A stretch of DNA of 64,000 nucleotides from Octopus vulgaris (taxonomy: Eukaryota), in contig OX597814.1 in NCBI GenBank assembly GCA_951406725.2, forward strand, positions 37,138,001 through 37,202,000, read 5' to 3'. This document shows positions 25,170 to 38,879 of the stretch, piece by piece. Position 1 is the first letter of the stretch, and every line of letters begins with the position of its first letter. Both the position numbers and the translations under genes were made by a program. Under the pieces are notes generated by a model that saw only the letters and a program-made list of their open reading frames with translations, had not been told where the DNA came from and searched no databases.

Positions 25170-25354
25170 GGAATGAAGTTCATCATATATTTTATACAAG
25201 TACTACTTTCATATCTTCGAAAATTTACACCTTTAAACTCGCACCAAAGTATGAAGAAACAACATTAAAACTCTTTTTTGGAAACCATCAATTAAATAAC
25301 GAATCCACATTCAACCGTTATACATCTATATCATGTACATATATATATACATAC

Positions 25355-25828
25355 TTAGTGAGGGAAGAAATGGAGCTGAACGAAGATTTTACAAAGTTCC
25401 TTTTTATTATTTTCTACATATGTTTCAAAGGCTGCAAAGTCCCTAATTCGGATTGAATAAGGAGACCATTTTGCAGCTTTCTCTTCAGGAAAATCCAGGA
25501 ACTTAAATCTCCAACAAAATGCGCAGCCAGCTTTTCGACAAACGCTCTCTAGGAGCCCATGGTATGAATGGCACAAAACTGGCTCAACGCATATTGAGAG
25601 ACAGTTTGGTGCCATTCATACCATGGGCTCCTAGAGAGCGTTTGTCGAAAAGCTTGCTGTGCATTTTGTTGGAGATTTAAGTTCCTGGATTTTCCTGAAG
25701 AGAAAGCTGCAAAATGGTCTCCTTATTCAATCCGAATTAGGGACTTTGCAGCCTTTGAAACATATGTAGAAAATATTAAAAAGGAACTTTGTAAAATCTT
25801 CGTTCAGCTCCATTTCTTCCCTCACTAA
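25355..25828. mobile_element. Near-perfect 474-bp palindrome (foldback MITE-like)
   Basis: ttagtgagggaagaaatggagctgaacg... versus ...cgttcagctccatttcttccctcactaa. About 4 mismatches counted over the ~225-bp arms, plus an imperfect centre; TA-rich flanks. Confidence 0.95.
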
Positions 25829-25980
25829 ATATATAAAACTTCAAATTTCCGCACTAAGGCACGGTTTTGAGACCCCATGGTCGTAACCTCAACCGTTATT
25901 TTTCTGTTGTGATTTTTGCTACCCAGGTATCGGCTATAATTTGAATAATCCGTAACAAGATAATTCATTTATCCATTTCA

Positions 25981-26034
<54 letters not shown>

Positions 26035-27479
26035 AATGTAAACAGCAGGGTGCAGTGTTTCAACAAAAAGGTTGCAGTGTTTCAACAATTGTAATTGTCC
26101 GTAATGTGATTAGGGTGTTTAAAACCTCCAACAGTGCTAAAAATGAGAGCTAAAATTATCTAATGCTGTAGTTAACGCGCATGAATGAAAACATATACAC
26201 TAACAGGGACCATAATTTTCGAACAATTTCAATATATATATGTATATATATGTATGATATATGTTCTTTTCAAGTTATCAAATTCAGTACATGTTTATTA
26301 TACTTTTTACATGAAGTTGACAGTGAATCCGAAACCAAAGCCTCCATTCACAATAATCGATCATTTAATACACTGAAAAAGCAGCAAAATCTACCATAAG
26401 ACTGGCTGATAATAATGTAAACTAATTGTTGTTGTGATCTCTAAATTTTAGTATATTTTACATGAAACTGGTTCGAAACGGGCGATAATGAAATATATTC
26501 AACTTAATAATATTCTAAAACTACTATTCATGAACTAAGTCTTCAGTTTTTCTAAGATTTTGTTAGCGAGACTGAAGAAAAAGCCAACTGATCTCCTGTT
26601 TCCGATGATAATGCCGGTGAGTACATAAAATAATCTGATATTAAATACTGTGCCATTAATACCTTCCTATAAACAGTTTCTATTATTGCTAAAGAACACT
26701 TACGGAAAACTTACACTGCACGTGTTAATGGAATTACTAAACTGAATAAAACAAGTTGAAAAACAAAGCTTGCAGAAAATATCCCAAACTTGTGCAGTGT
26801 TAGTGGATGGTAAAACGTTTATAAAATGTAAGAGGAATAATGAGATCACATCTCGGTGATTCTTTATGGAAGGCTTTTGAGAGGAAGGGAGTCAATTATA
26901 TGACGGCACGCACTCAACACTCACTGGTGTAAAATCTTTGTTCTTGTAGAAATAAACGTTCAAACGAGCCAGTATAAATCACAAATTTACTTGCAATCTA
27001 CAGGCATTTTCGAGGGATTTGACAAAAATAAATTCCACCTTTAAGAAGGCTCCTCTCTAGATCTTGAATCATTATGTTCTAAGAACTAGAATGAAAAGAG
27101 AAATTTTATTTAGTGAAAGGCGAAAATTTATGACAAATGCTTCGAAAACATCACCTCATGTAACTAGTATATAAATTTAGATTTATACCAATGATAATTT
27201 GTGCATTTGATTCTGGTATTCAATATGGAAGTGGCAATCTAGAAGAGCTAGGTTTTTCAGAAAATATCAATAAATTACATGCACATTACATGGCAATTTG
27301 TAAATACAAGAATAAAATAATTGAAGACTTTTCTAAATTGCAACAAGTGGCAATATTTTCGTTATCTACATTCTAACGAAGGAATTTATAATATTTCTGA
27401 GGAAGCATCCCTTTCCTTACATTATCAAAAGGAAACGAGAAAGACAAAACAGTTAGGAGATACTAGAGAGTTAATGAAC

Positions 27480-28320
27480 TGTGTGAATGAGGAGTTGGTA
27501 GGAAGAGCCAGTTAGGTGGACGCACAGAACCAGTGAAATCTGAGAAACAGAGGTCATTGGAATAGTGTTAGAATAATTAATGGGATGAGACAATTTACAG
27601 GTAACAGATGCTGGAGTGCGTCAGTGAGTGACTGTATGGTAATCAATCAAGAGGCATTTATTGGATGCATGCTAGATCATTGGTGTCTGAGGTAGCAGTA
27701 CTGTCACCAATTCTGAGCAAAACATCAATTGATTTCGTCACTTTAAGTCTGTTGATTGTCAGTAATTGATGAGGGGAAATATTTTCTAACCTTGAAGAGT
27801 AGAGCCAGTCTGTTGGATAAGGGGATCGACATGTTAAAGATGTGCTTTTGCCAGAAGAAATCGTTGCTGTTAGTGAGAACAAAACCTGGAAGTGATCACA
27901 CTTCTAATTCTGTGTCAACCATTATTGCATGTAAAATACTCTCTGGAGAGAAGACAAGGACCAGTCTTTGAATAGGTTCTCAGTTATATTAGGACTGCGC
28001 TTTCGCTGACAAATATCTTTGCTGTTAGAGAGCCATAAAATTTGGAGCGACCATAGGTCACGTTCTAAATACTAGAGATAATGCCTCTATATGCGGTGGG
28101 GTGGTATTCACTGTTTTGATTAGTGTTTCTGAATTTTCATATTTCTTCTGCTGCTTGAAGAGACAGAGTTATATGGCTCCTCTGGAATATGCTTTCCAGA
28201 GCTATGATTAAGGTTTAATCGTAGGTTTGGGATATGGCGTCTTCATTGCATATGTGCGGTTAGTGGCTGAAGAAGTTAAGTTTAGGAACAATGATTATTC
28301 TCAGTGTAGGAGTAAGCGTA
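27480..28320 (-). mobile_element. Highly decayed non-LTR retrotransposon RT/post-RT relic (L2/Jockey-like)
   Basis: Fragmentary minus-strand peptides (SSATNRTY..DA; LLTINRLKVTKSIDVLL) resembling the region after the YADD motif; many stops. Confidence 0.4.
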
Positions 28321-30169
28321 ATTGTATGTCACGTCAAATATATATTTAAAAACGGATGAAAGAGGCAAGCAAAACCGAAACTGGGGAACAGCAGTGTTGA
28401 TTGTGTGTTGGACAGAAACTGTGTCCTTACAACAAGAAAATAGAAATAACACTGAAAATAGCTATTAATCCTTATCAATAGCTTTCTTGAGATATAAAAA
28501 AAAATGTATATTCAGGAGCTAGTTATTGACCGCATAACAGGGTTATGGTAGTTATTCATTATTGGATAATATAATGGAAAGTAATTGACAATGAATAGTT
28601 GCACATTTCTAATAATATACTGAAGTGCATGTTGTAAAAACGGAAGTAAATTCTCCTACATGTGCAACAGTATGTGAGAGTATATATTTTGTAGTATTCT
28701 CCAACGTGTGTGTCTGCGTGCGTGCGTGTGCACATATGTGATTCTGTGCTGCTTAGGCAGATTATGAATGCAGATTTCGTTCCTGTGTGCGTCTATTCGT
28801 GTGTGCGTGCGTAGGTGTGACGACGTATAAATGATGTGTTTCTATGAATGTATTTCTAACCAAGTGCTTACGATTCCTCAGGATTTATATTTCTCTATAC
28901 CAATGTTTTAGGTATCTACGTCACATAATATACCAGTTGTGCCGAATATTCTTTTTATTTTCTCTCTCAAGCGATCTTCAAAAACATTCTGACATGCGTC
29001 ATCCATACAAATACTTTAAATATCGATACATCTATCGATAAATCCACAACTGTCTTGCAATCTCTCTGTCCTTTCCTTTCTCCATCTGTCTGTCTGTCTG
29101 CCTCTCTTTCTCTCTCTCTCTCTCTCTCTCTATCTTCACACACACACACACACACAAACATATATATATATATAATCATGTCAAAGGGAAATGGAATTTA
29201 ATTAAAATTAAAACATTCAATCAAAATTTACATTTCCAGTGGTCTAACGTGCAAAAAAATTAGTCAAGAAGATTATATATATTAGTCATACGATATAGTG
29301 CATATTTAAACACATAAGTAATCCACTTATAGGGAATTCAACACGCTAGAGAGAACAGCTAGGTTCTGTAAACCACAAAACTGACGGATAAAATTCGACA
29401 GGAATAAATTTGGAAATGAAAAACATTTACCATCTAGTACTCTGGACCAATTGGTTTCTGATCATCTTTGACGTTATAAAATGTAAACAACATGGAATAC
29501 AAAAACATGTAATACGAACTTTTTGCCAACAACGAAAGAAACAAATGGAAAACAAGACAAGTAACATAGATAAAGTTCCTTCATCAGTTGTCGGCTGTTT
29601 ATCTACGCCACATTTGAAGCAATTACGACAAGTTGTGTGTTCGAGAAAACAGTTGCTCCCGCAACGCAAAATAAAATTTGGGATTTGTGGAGGGTAATAA
29701 AACCAGGAAAGTGAAAACAAGCAGTAAGCGTTGCTAAGCCATAACGACGTGAGATGGGGAACCATGAAAGAACAAAATTTGACAGGTGAGAAGATTGAGA
29801 CAGACAAGAGGAAACAGACAAATATGCGTGTGATATGTGTGGCAGATGAAAAAGAAAGAAAGAAGCTCAAGTTAGGAAAAGATGGCCGATGGGCACGTGT
29901 GAAAACGAGAGAGTAAAAGACGAAGAATGAGAAAGTGAGAGGGACCGATAGAGAACGATGATGGGGAGAGGAAAAGAATTAGAGAAATGATGAGAGAGAA
30001 AAAACGGAAAGGGGAGAAGGGGGAAGAAAAGAATTAGCAAAAGGAACAGAGAGGAAACGAAGGTGGAGGACAGAACAGCACAGAGAGTGGCAACAAAATT
30101 ATTAAGATATACTTACTTGGAAATGTATGCGTGGCGTTTAATAATATATATATATATATATTTTAATAT

Positions 30170-30925
30170 TCTGGGGAACCGCTCACGGTATCTAAAAATA
30201 TCAGAGACTTGGGTGTAATTGTAGATAACAATCTCAGTTGGAGTGCCCACATCAACAATTAGGTCGATATAGCTCGTAGGATGACCTCTTTGATCTTAAG
30301 AACCTTCCGGTCCAGAAAACAAGGTGTCATCATTCCAATTTTCTCCTCCTTTATACTATCACACACCGAATACTGCACGCTCTTTGTCGTCTCCCCATAC
30401 AAAGCAAAACATTTCCATGATTGAATCATCCCAGAGAACAATCACTAAACGAATTGAAAGCATGACTGCTCTCGATTATTGGAATCGCCTTAAAGCCTTG
30501 AATCTCTACTTTCCCCAGCGCCGTCGCCAGCGGTACATCATTTGTACGACGTGGAGAATATACTATCACCATTGCCCAAACTACCACGCGCTATACGCAC
30601 CCTGCCCAATTAAGGATCACAACATATAGGTACACTGCGACACAATTTCTTTTCCTCAAGAGGCCCTGCCCTGTTTATCATTGTCCCGAAAGAGATCAAA
30701 GAAGAAAATGATCCCATCACCTTTAAACGGAATCTGGATAGATTTCGTCGTGGAATACCGGATAAGCCAACCATACTTGGATACAACTCACTAAACAAGA
30801 ACTCACTACTTGAATGGACCATAAACAAAACTTGACTTAAACAAGATTTAGATAATACTATCAGGTGGTGCTATTAAGTTAGACATGGCTTGGACCAATC
30901 TTTGGTTGAAACATATCTAAGTTTA
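30170..30925 (+). mobile_element. 5'-truncated CR1-group LINE 3' end
   Basis: IRDLGVIVDNNLSWSAHI..LILRTFRSR..EYC..SP..QRTITKRIESMTALDYWNRLKALNLY..QRRRQRY..FKRNLDRF..IPDKP; ends next to (TA)n. Confidence 0.85.
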
Positions 30926-30933
30926 TCAAAGTG

Positions 30934-30971
<38 letters not shown>

Positions 30972-33045
30972 CATACAAGTACACACATAAACATGCAAAT
31001 ACACACATTGGTATATTAAGACTATATAGATATACATATTTATGTTTGTGTGCGTGTGTGTGTGTACGTATATTTGTATGCATGTATGTGTATATAAGCT
31101 TGGTGATGCAAAGAATCAAACTAGAATTCAAAATCTGTGTATATAGTTTTTTTTTAATAATCGACAAACGTTCCCGCGTGATATAAGACCTTTGTATGTA
31201 CATATTAAATGATGTTTTCCTTTGTTGTCGGTCAATAAACACCATGATAATCTACTTTATATACGCATATAACGAAGTTGTTATCATTTCACCCTACCTT
31301 GACCCAGTCATTTATCAGCCATTGTGGAAATAACACGGAATATGAAGATTATATCAGTATAGGTATGTTCTACAGTTCAAATATCGTGTCTGTGTGCACT
31401 CGACTGTCGTATCAGTGTGCACTCGAATGCCATTACTATAAAATATTTTTTTTTATTCTCTAAAATCCATGGTTATTACATCATTTTAAAATTTGGAAAG
31501 ATATATACGATTATGGAAATATTACAGTGTGACGTCGTTCAAGTGAAAAGAAGTCGAATATTATATTTTAAAATTGGTGCTGATTTTTGTAGACTAGGGC
31601 ATACGGAATTGTCTGAATTGATAGCATCATAATCTAATATTAGTGTAGCTTACACACATCATCACATCAACGTGTTGCGACGGTGTGTGTAAATATCACA
31701 GGAAATAAATTCCACTTGACTTATTTAACTTGTCATCGCTGTACCATTGTAATACGGCGGCAATAGTTGAATCACATATAACTAACACATTTTAATTCGA
31801 TACATAAGTCGTTAATCAAGTAATTTCGCAAAGTCGGTTTAGACCATTGGAGGCTTTCTATTATTAATTATATAGCCTCTTGTATTGCTAAAGTTCAACT
31901 GGTCTGGAACTCTTCCAATGATGTTGATGTAATTCCATGACTTACTTTCTAATCAGTACATACTACAGAAGTTATCTGAGAATTAAAGTCCAATTGAAAA
32001 AGCAAGTTCATTTACGCAACATAAAACCAGGGAAGTGTTGAATTCAGTATTTTAGAGTAGTTATTTCTAGAAACTTTATAATGCAGCCATGAAATATAGT
32101 CATATTATTTTGTGTAGAATTTAAGACAAGTACCAGTAACACAACCTACTTACAAAGATTTAAGCAAATGATTTACCTGGATGTGATGATTCACAATTGC
32201 AAAATAGCCTCATTCAAGGGCAACCTCAGCAGCCACACAAAGTTGGCGAAAATACCAGAAAACGCAATTTTAATATTTTAGGCGAATGGTAACTTGTAGT
32301 ACTATAAACGGTTGGGAATAAGCAATCTGAAAATGTTCCTTTAGTAGCTGTTTATTCGTTTTCGAATTTTCAGTCACAACCGAAATTCATCTATACATGA
32401 AATAAACAAAATATAAAAAAGTATAAAAAAAAAAAGAAAACGCATTAAATAGCTATAATAAATAACTCTAAAATACGTACTTTTACGTGTTTCTCTTCTT
32501 ACACGAATATGTTATATTCATTTGAAAGAGCTTTTACACTCAAATTTAGTCGCACAATGTTTTTTTATTTCACACCATATTTATTTACTTTTCTCTTTTT
32601 CTATTTCATCTTTAGAGATATTTCTTTTCAGATTTTGATTTTGTTATCCCAAAAGATTAATGGGAAAAGAACCATAAAAATATTTTAGCAGAAATGCTTA
32701 AAAAAATTGAATTTGAATTCAATGGCAAATTTTTATTCACGCATAGAAATTTCAGAAATAAATCTAAATAAAATAGCTAACTATATTTTCTCAACATATA
32801 TCATTACAATACCTGCCATAAACAGAGAAGGAATATCTTGTAATGTCCGTAACTGCAGCATAATATCAGTGTAATGACCTGAAACAACTACATTAAACTA
32901 ACACGGTAGCCATGTCGATAAATCGTAGCTATTTAAAAGGGACGCTCATATATAAAAGAGTTCAATTTTCGGTATATGAACCGAAACACTTCATTAAATA
33001 CAGTTTCTGTTTGTATTGTAATTATGTACGCATATGGATATGTGG

Positions 33046-33078
<33 letters not shown>

Positions 33079-33084
33079 CATTTT

Positions 33085-34965
33085 AAAAGTGTTTCAGCTT
33101 TAAAGCTATGGTCATGCTGGGACACTACTGTTGGATGTGTTACACGATTATTTGAAATCGCTTCTGATATGATAAGTCGCACTTGGTGAATGACGGGGTT
33201 GGATGCTGTTGACCACATCTTTGTTTCCTGCCGTGAGGTAGGCTCATCTGGAACCCTTGACATGCGGAGATCCGATCTTGGTTTGAAGTTACTTACATCC
33301 ACACCGTGCAAGTCTTTCAGGTATTTTGGATGGATATTGAAGAGCTGCGGGCCCCTGATTTGCAAGCTGTTGCAGTATCTGTTCCTGTAATTTGATAGTG
33401 GGGCTGGGAACTTTGGCACTATGTAGTGACTCCCTGTTCTGTTGTCAGTGTGACTTTTAATGTCAAACTTTCGTCCAAGGCCTTTCAGAATTTCCCGCCT
33501 TCATTATAGGGAGAAGAGTGTTAATTCTTTCTGTTTTTCCCAGTAGCTGATAAATTGCATTGAGATAATGTTTGTGTGTAGTTTCATTGGATTGCTTCGA
33601 GTTCCACCGTTCATTTTATATTGCGTGGTGATCATAGTTGGGAATAGTAGTCCAAATGGTTGAGGACGTATGCCATCCAAAGAATAAGTAGTGTCTCCTT
33701 TACTCTCGTTTTGAAAGTATGGAGGATCCTACTTGCTAGCTGTCTGCATTTTATTAGCAAATTGGTAATATGCACCTGGAAAGATGCATCATTGCTCATG
33801 TCAATACCCAGGTCAAGCTTTGAATTTGATTCAAGGATTGCCTCCTGAACCAGTGTACTCTGTCTGCATGTCATTCAGCTCTATGTGTCGGTAGTGCAGG
33901 GCTCGAAATTTTGTGCAGGGCTCGAAATGCATTAAACGGCATATTGTTATCCTTAGTTCACCTGTATATTGGGTCCAACTCGCGTTGCAGATTCGTAATA
34001 TTTTCATGATTTTATATTGTCTGAGAGACATTTGTGTCATCTGCATAGCTAGCAAGAGTGGCTTTCTGTGCAGCTGAGGGCATGTCTGAGAGGGCCACTA
34101 TGAAAATCAGTGGCTCTAAGACTGCTCGCTCCATTGGCCACCACTGTTTGACAGAAAGTCATCTAGCCACTCTCCAAGTTTTCCCCACTATGCCGAGATC
34201 ACACAATTTGTGACATTTCATACCATGGTCGAATTTAACAAAGGCTTTTGCAAAGTCGAGATATATCACATTCCCACTTGAGTCATTTAGCAGCTGTTTT
34301 AACACATAATCGCAATGTTGCAAGAGCTGTTTCAGGGACGTTCTACCTGCCCTAAATTAATGCTGGGTGTCAGCAAGTAATTTTCTTTAAGGAACGACAT
34401 TAGTTTCTTGCAGACTATTCGTTCCATGTGTGATTTCAGAGAGATAGGCCTATAACTTTTAGCATACATCTGCTCTGCTTCTTCCTTTTGGGTTAGGGCA
34501 TATTATTCCTTCCTTCAGTTTGTCTGGAATCTTACCAGTTGGAAGAAAGCTCTAAAAACGAAGCTGGAGTGGTTTTGCAAGGGTTCATTTGCATGATTTC
34601 AGAAGGATTGCAGAGAAACTATCTGGGCCTGTAGCTGAGCTTGTGTTAATCACTTCTATAGCCAGAGTTACATCATCAATGTTGATGTAATTAATTGTCA
34701 CCTCTTTGGTTGCTGGTAGGATGGCAAAGAATTTTGCTGGTTTCCTCACTTGCCTGAGTCCCAAAGGTGTTGTGAACACAATTCGGAAATGCTCGTTCAG
34801 TATTTCACTTATCCTTATTGGGTTTCCTGTGAAGGAGCCATATTTTTGGAAGAGAGGTCCCATCTTGTGGCGTAGGGAGTCTGTCTATCTCGCAAAGTTA
34901 AAGAAAGCTTTAGGGTCCGACTTGATATTTTCCATAACCTGAGCTTCCTTATCTCTTCTCTCATT
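33085..34965 (-). mobile_element. Decayed CR1-group LINE (RT to 3' end)
   Basis: SATGPDSFSAILLK, YRPISL, IYLDFAKAF.KFDH, LASYADDT, LDLGIDMSNDASFQVHI, LDYYSQL, IRGPQLFN..VPDEP. Confidence 0.88.
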
Positions 34966-35231
34966 TTGTAGAGACTAATTCAGACATTTCCCAACATATG
35001 CTATACTCATCCCAGGGACACGGACTCTAATGTTAAAGTCAGATCATTTGTGGAAACAGCCTTAACGATGTATGAAATATTAATAAATTCCATCCCCAAA
35101 CCATTCTTATTATTACATTTCCTCTACATTATACCGGTATAACCATGATGTAGCCCACAGAAAACAGCCACTAGCCAGTGCCATTGGAGCACAGCCAGCA
35201 TAATGAAATAGGACATTTATTTACATATCCT

Positions 35232-35476
35232 GTGTGGCTGTGTGGTAAGTAGCTTGCTTACCAACCACCTGGTTCCGGGTTCAGTTATATATATATATAT
35301 ATGTATGTTTGTGTATCTGTGTTTGTCCCCCAACCATCACTTGACAACCGTTGTTGGTGTGTTTCCGTCTCTGTAGGTTAGCGATTCGGAAAAAGAGACC
35401 GAGAAAATAAGTAATATGCTTAAAAAGAATCAGTCCTGGAGTCGATTTGTTCCAGTAAAGGTGGTGTGCCAGCATA
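35232..35476 (+). mobile_element. Internally deleted CORE-type SINE
   Basis: Head gtggctgtgtggtaagtagcttgc..ggttcag is joined directly to the internal microsatellite and 3' part; the CORE segment is missing. Confidence 0.8.
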
Positions 35477-35489
35477 TATATATATATTA

Positions 35490-35576
<87 letters not shown>

Positions 35577-35581
<5 letters not shown>

Positions 35582-35742
35582 AGCTCGTAACTTAGTTTTT
35601 CTTTGGGGCTGTCCAGATTGGAGCAATCTCAAGATTAACCAGCCGAAATTGCGAGGATGACCCGGTACATGACAGCAGATAACAACCTGTCCGTGTTTTT
35701 TGTATCGTCTATTTGTATTTTTTGTGTTCTTGTCCCATTTTG
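35577..35742 (+). repeat. Copy of the (TA)n-flanked repeat family
   Basis: Matches 24318-24460; lies between two long (TA)n tracts. Confidence 0.8.
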
Positions 35743-35781
<39 letters not shown>

Positions 35782-35838
35782 ACATATATATATGTATGTA
35801 TATATGTTTATATATATATATATATATACATATATATG

Positions 35839-35872
<34 letters not shown>

Positions 35873-38494
35873 TATGTATATATAGATATGTATGTATATG
35901 TATGTACGTATACATATGTATGTATTATCAAAAATGCATATGCATATATCTATACCAATCAATCTGTATTTTCTCTCTCTATATATATCACTCTCCCTGA
36001 CTTTACATACATATATACACACACACAGATATATATATATATATATAAATGTGCATACATACATTTGTTGTGTAGATATGTGCGTCTGCATATGTTTGAC
36101 AAACAGAAATATTGATTGGACTGTTTGAATGACACTTATATTAATTTGCTAAACAAATTCGGTTTCAATGACGACGAATGCTTATGTTTACGTTAAATCA
36201 CATTACTCTACATCATGCACACTTTTCACAGTTGAATATACATGCATAAATACACTTATATATATTTACACACACACACATGCGCGCGCGCATGCACCTG
36301 GTGACAAGTACAACCGAATATCTACATTTGTACGTTGTGCTTATTTGACTGTATGTGTTTGTGACTGTATGTCCCCGGGTTTATGTACACGTGCACCTAT
36401 ATAAAAGAGCTCACACTTTGTTTTATCATAATTTCAACGCATTTTATCGTATTAAATAATGCTATTGCAATTTGATCATTATAATTCCTTCTGTATTCAC
36501 CGAAACGTGGAAATATATGGCTACCGGAACTCACACATATATACACATGCACACACAATCACTCAAACACAGTCGCATCCATTTAGGTAAACACACAAAT
36601 ACACGCACTGGCGCATATTAAACAATGCATATTAAACTAGATTCTATTCTATTATATTAGCTTATATTTCCTTATATTATATTTGAAATATCATTTATAA
36701 GTTGGAAGTCATTCTATATTTGATGAAGCATCACATATTTCACTCTGAAGCATTAATATTTTTTCGAATATATGAATCATGGGTGATTCTAGAAGCAACT
36801 ATTTTTCGGAGATGAAATATCTTGGAATTTGCATGTTAAGTTTTTGTAACATATATACCCATACTCTCCCTTCCTCACCCTCGCATCGCTTTGTATATCT
36901 CCCCAGATATATAAATGAATTTGTTTATACATACGTACACGGATGTATTATATTTTATAAAAACACCGAAATAATTCCTGTCATTTTAAATATTGAAGCG
37001 AGGATGCCTGCAATTATTAAATCATGTGGATGTAATGCAAATATATTATTGTGAATTGTAATTAAATCAGTAATCCCGGAATTGATTTAGTGCTCCGTAA
37101 CAAGCAGAACGTTCTAAACACTCGCTGTAAATGCAGTGCAATACTCAAAATATAAAATATCACAAGTAATTGATGTAAACAAGATTCCAGATAATATGTT
37201 AAACACATAAATTGCATATCAAATATAATATAAATTCTATACATATTTTTATATCATAAAGAAATATATGCAAACACTCGCCGACAATCACGCACACTTA
37301 ATATAATGTAATATAAAATAATATTATATTATATAATATAAATCCCATATCACATCGTTCACTCCACTCAGTTCAAGAATTTATTTATTTCGGAGACGCG
37401 GACATGGTCCCACTATATATTCCTTGAAGGGGTCACTCCTTGGTAAATTGTATTGTTGCACGTTACGGTTCATTCTTCGTCATAGTGCTACACATATCTT
37501 AGTTTCTTACAAGTATAAAATGCTGCTATTGAGGAAAATCTCAAACAGGACTTTGTCGAATTGCGTTTTGAGCACATATTTTACAGAGGTAAATCACAAG
37601 TATTTAGTTCTTCCTTTACACGAGATTCCTTATTCTTGTGGTATATATTGACTGTCTTTGTGTATGTTAACATCCTCTCAACACTCTCTACCCGTTCCCA
37701 ATTTCATCGTATTTCACCACTATTCAAGTGTTCGATATATTTTTGGACCGCATGCATTTTATTTTCCACTGGTTTATCTTGAGGCCTTGAGTTTAACTCA
37801 TGGTGTCTGGCACTGTTAGGATGCTATACAGATAATTTAATCTTCAAATGATGAATACGATCTCTCAATCAGAAATTCTCCCCCACATATTAACGTAAGT
37901 TCTGTTAAGCTGCCTATTCTCACTTTATCTCCTGCGATCAGCTTTTAAACGTTATCAATATTACTGACCTTAATTAGTGGCATATCTTTTAATACGAGTG
38001 ACGTTCAAAAAGTCATCAATATAGACAGGCCTACCTTACTAAATGTTTTCGTCCTTCGTTGCCATTAATAACAGTCAATGTTGGTCGTTTTACAATGACC
38101 ACTATAATCGTCATAACCTATGAGTTTCAAGGTTCTTTTCTCAATAAAAATCTTTCATTTCTATCTGTTTATTACTTCTTCTTCAAGGATCTGCCCTGCG
38201 CAAGTTAGTTTTCACTAATATTTAATTTCTCTCCTTGCTACCAACCCAACTCAACAAGTAGACGTTATGTACCATTCAGCGATCAATAGATTGTACAATT
38301 CCTGCCAAAATGTCTAAAGAAAAGTTTTGTACGCGAAACCGACGGTAACATAATAGTCTAGTTTTGTACCATTTTTGACTGTATGAAATATATCATTCTT
38401 TCATCGAGCGCGGCACACCCACGTAGTACATATATATATATATAGATCAATAAATGTTAGGGTTGTGTTGACCGCACGTAGAGAAATGATAAGC

Positions 38495-38825
38495 AAGGAA
38501 AAATTGTAAAAATGCAGAATGCTAGATTGAAAGAAAATTTTAATGTAAATGGGTGTATGGAAAAAGTTTTTGAAGAAATAATAAAATATATAAATATATA
38601 TTAATTCAAACCGGTTTTCGTCATAATATGACTTTTCAAGAATTGTAAGGTAAAAATTTTTATTTTTTACTTTACAATTCTTGAAAAGTCACATTATGAC
38701 GAGAACCGGTTTGAATTAATATATATTTATATATTTTATCAATTTTTCAAAAACCATTTCCATACACCCATTTACATTAAAATTTTCTTTCAATTTAGCA
38801 TTCAACATTTTTACAATTTTTCCTT
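38495..38825. mobile_element. AT-rich ~330-bp palindromic/foldback element
   Basis: aaggaaaaattgtaaaaatg..ttttcaagaattgtaa pairs with ttacaattcttgaaaa..catttttacaatttttcctt; short central spacer; (TA)n nearby on both sides. Confidence 0.9.
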
Positions 38826-38879
38826 ACTATATATATATATATGGAAAAGGACACAACTACACACGCACGAATATATGCA

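Noticed and set aside
26556-26616. Exon-like segment with a strong gtgagt donor (ILLARLKKKPTDLLFPMIMP)
   Set aside because: Its phase does not fit the exon chain without further unseen exons. The surrounding acidic, stop-containing frame suggests a transposon relic.
29500-29600. Minus-strand CTGATGA with a gaacttt/aaagttc helix in a pseudo-LTR-like region
   Set aside because: The GAAA box is absent (GTAT instead), so it cannot be called a ribozyme.
31308-31362. Exon-like SFISHCGNNTEYEDYISI with a gtatgt donor
   Set aside because: The donor phase fits exon 51070, but I found no convincing upstream linking exon. Left unannotated; RNA-seq would settle it.
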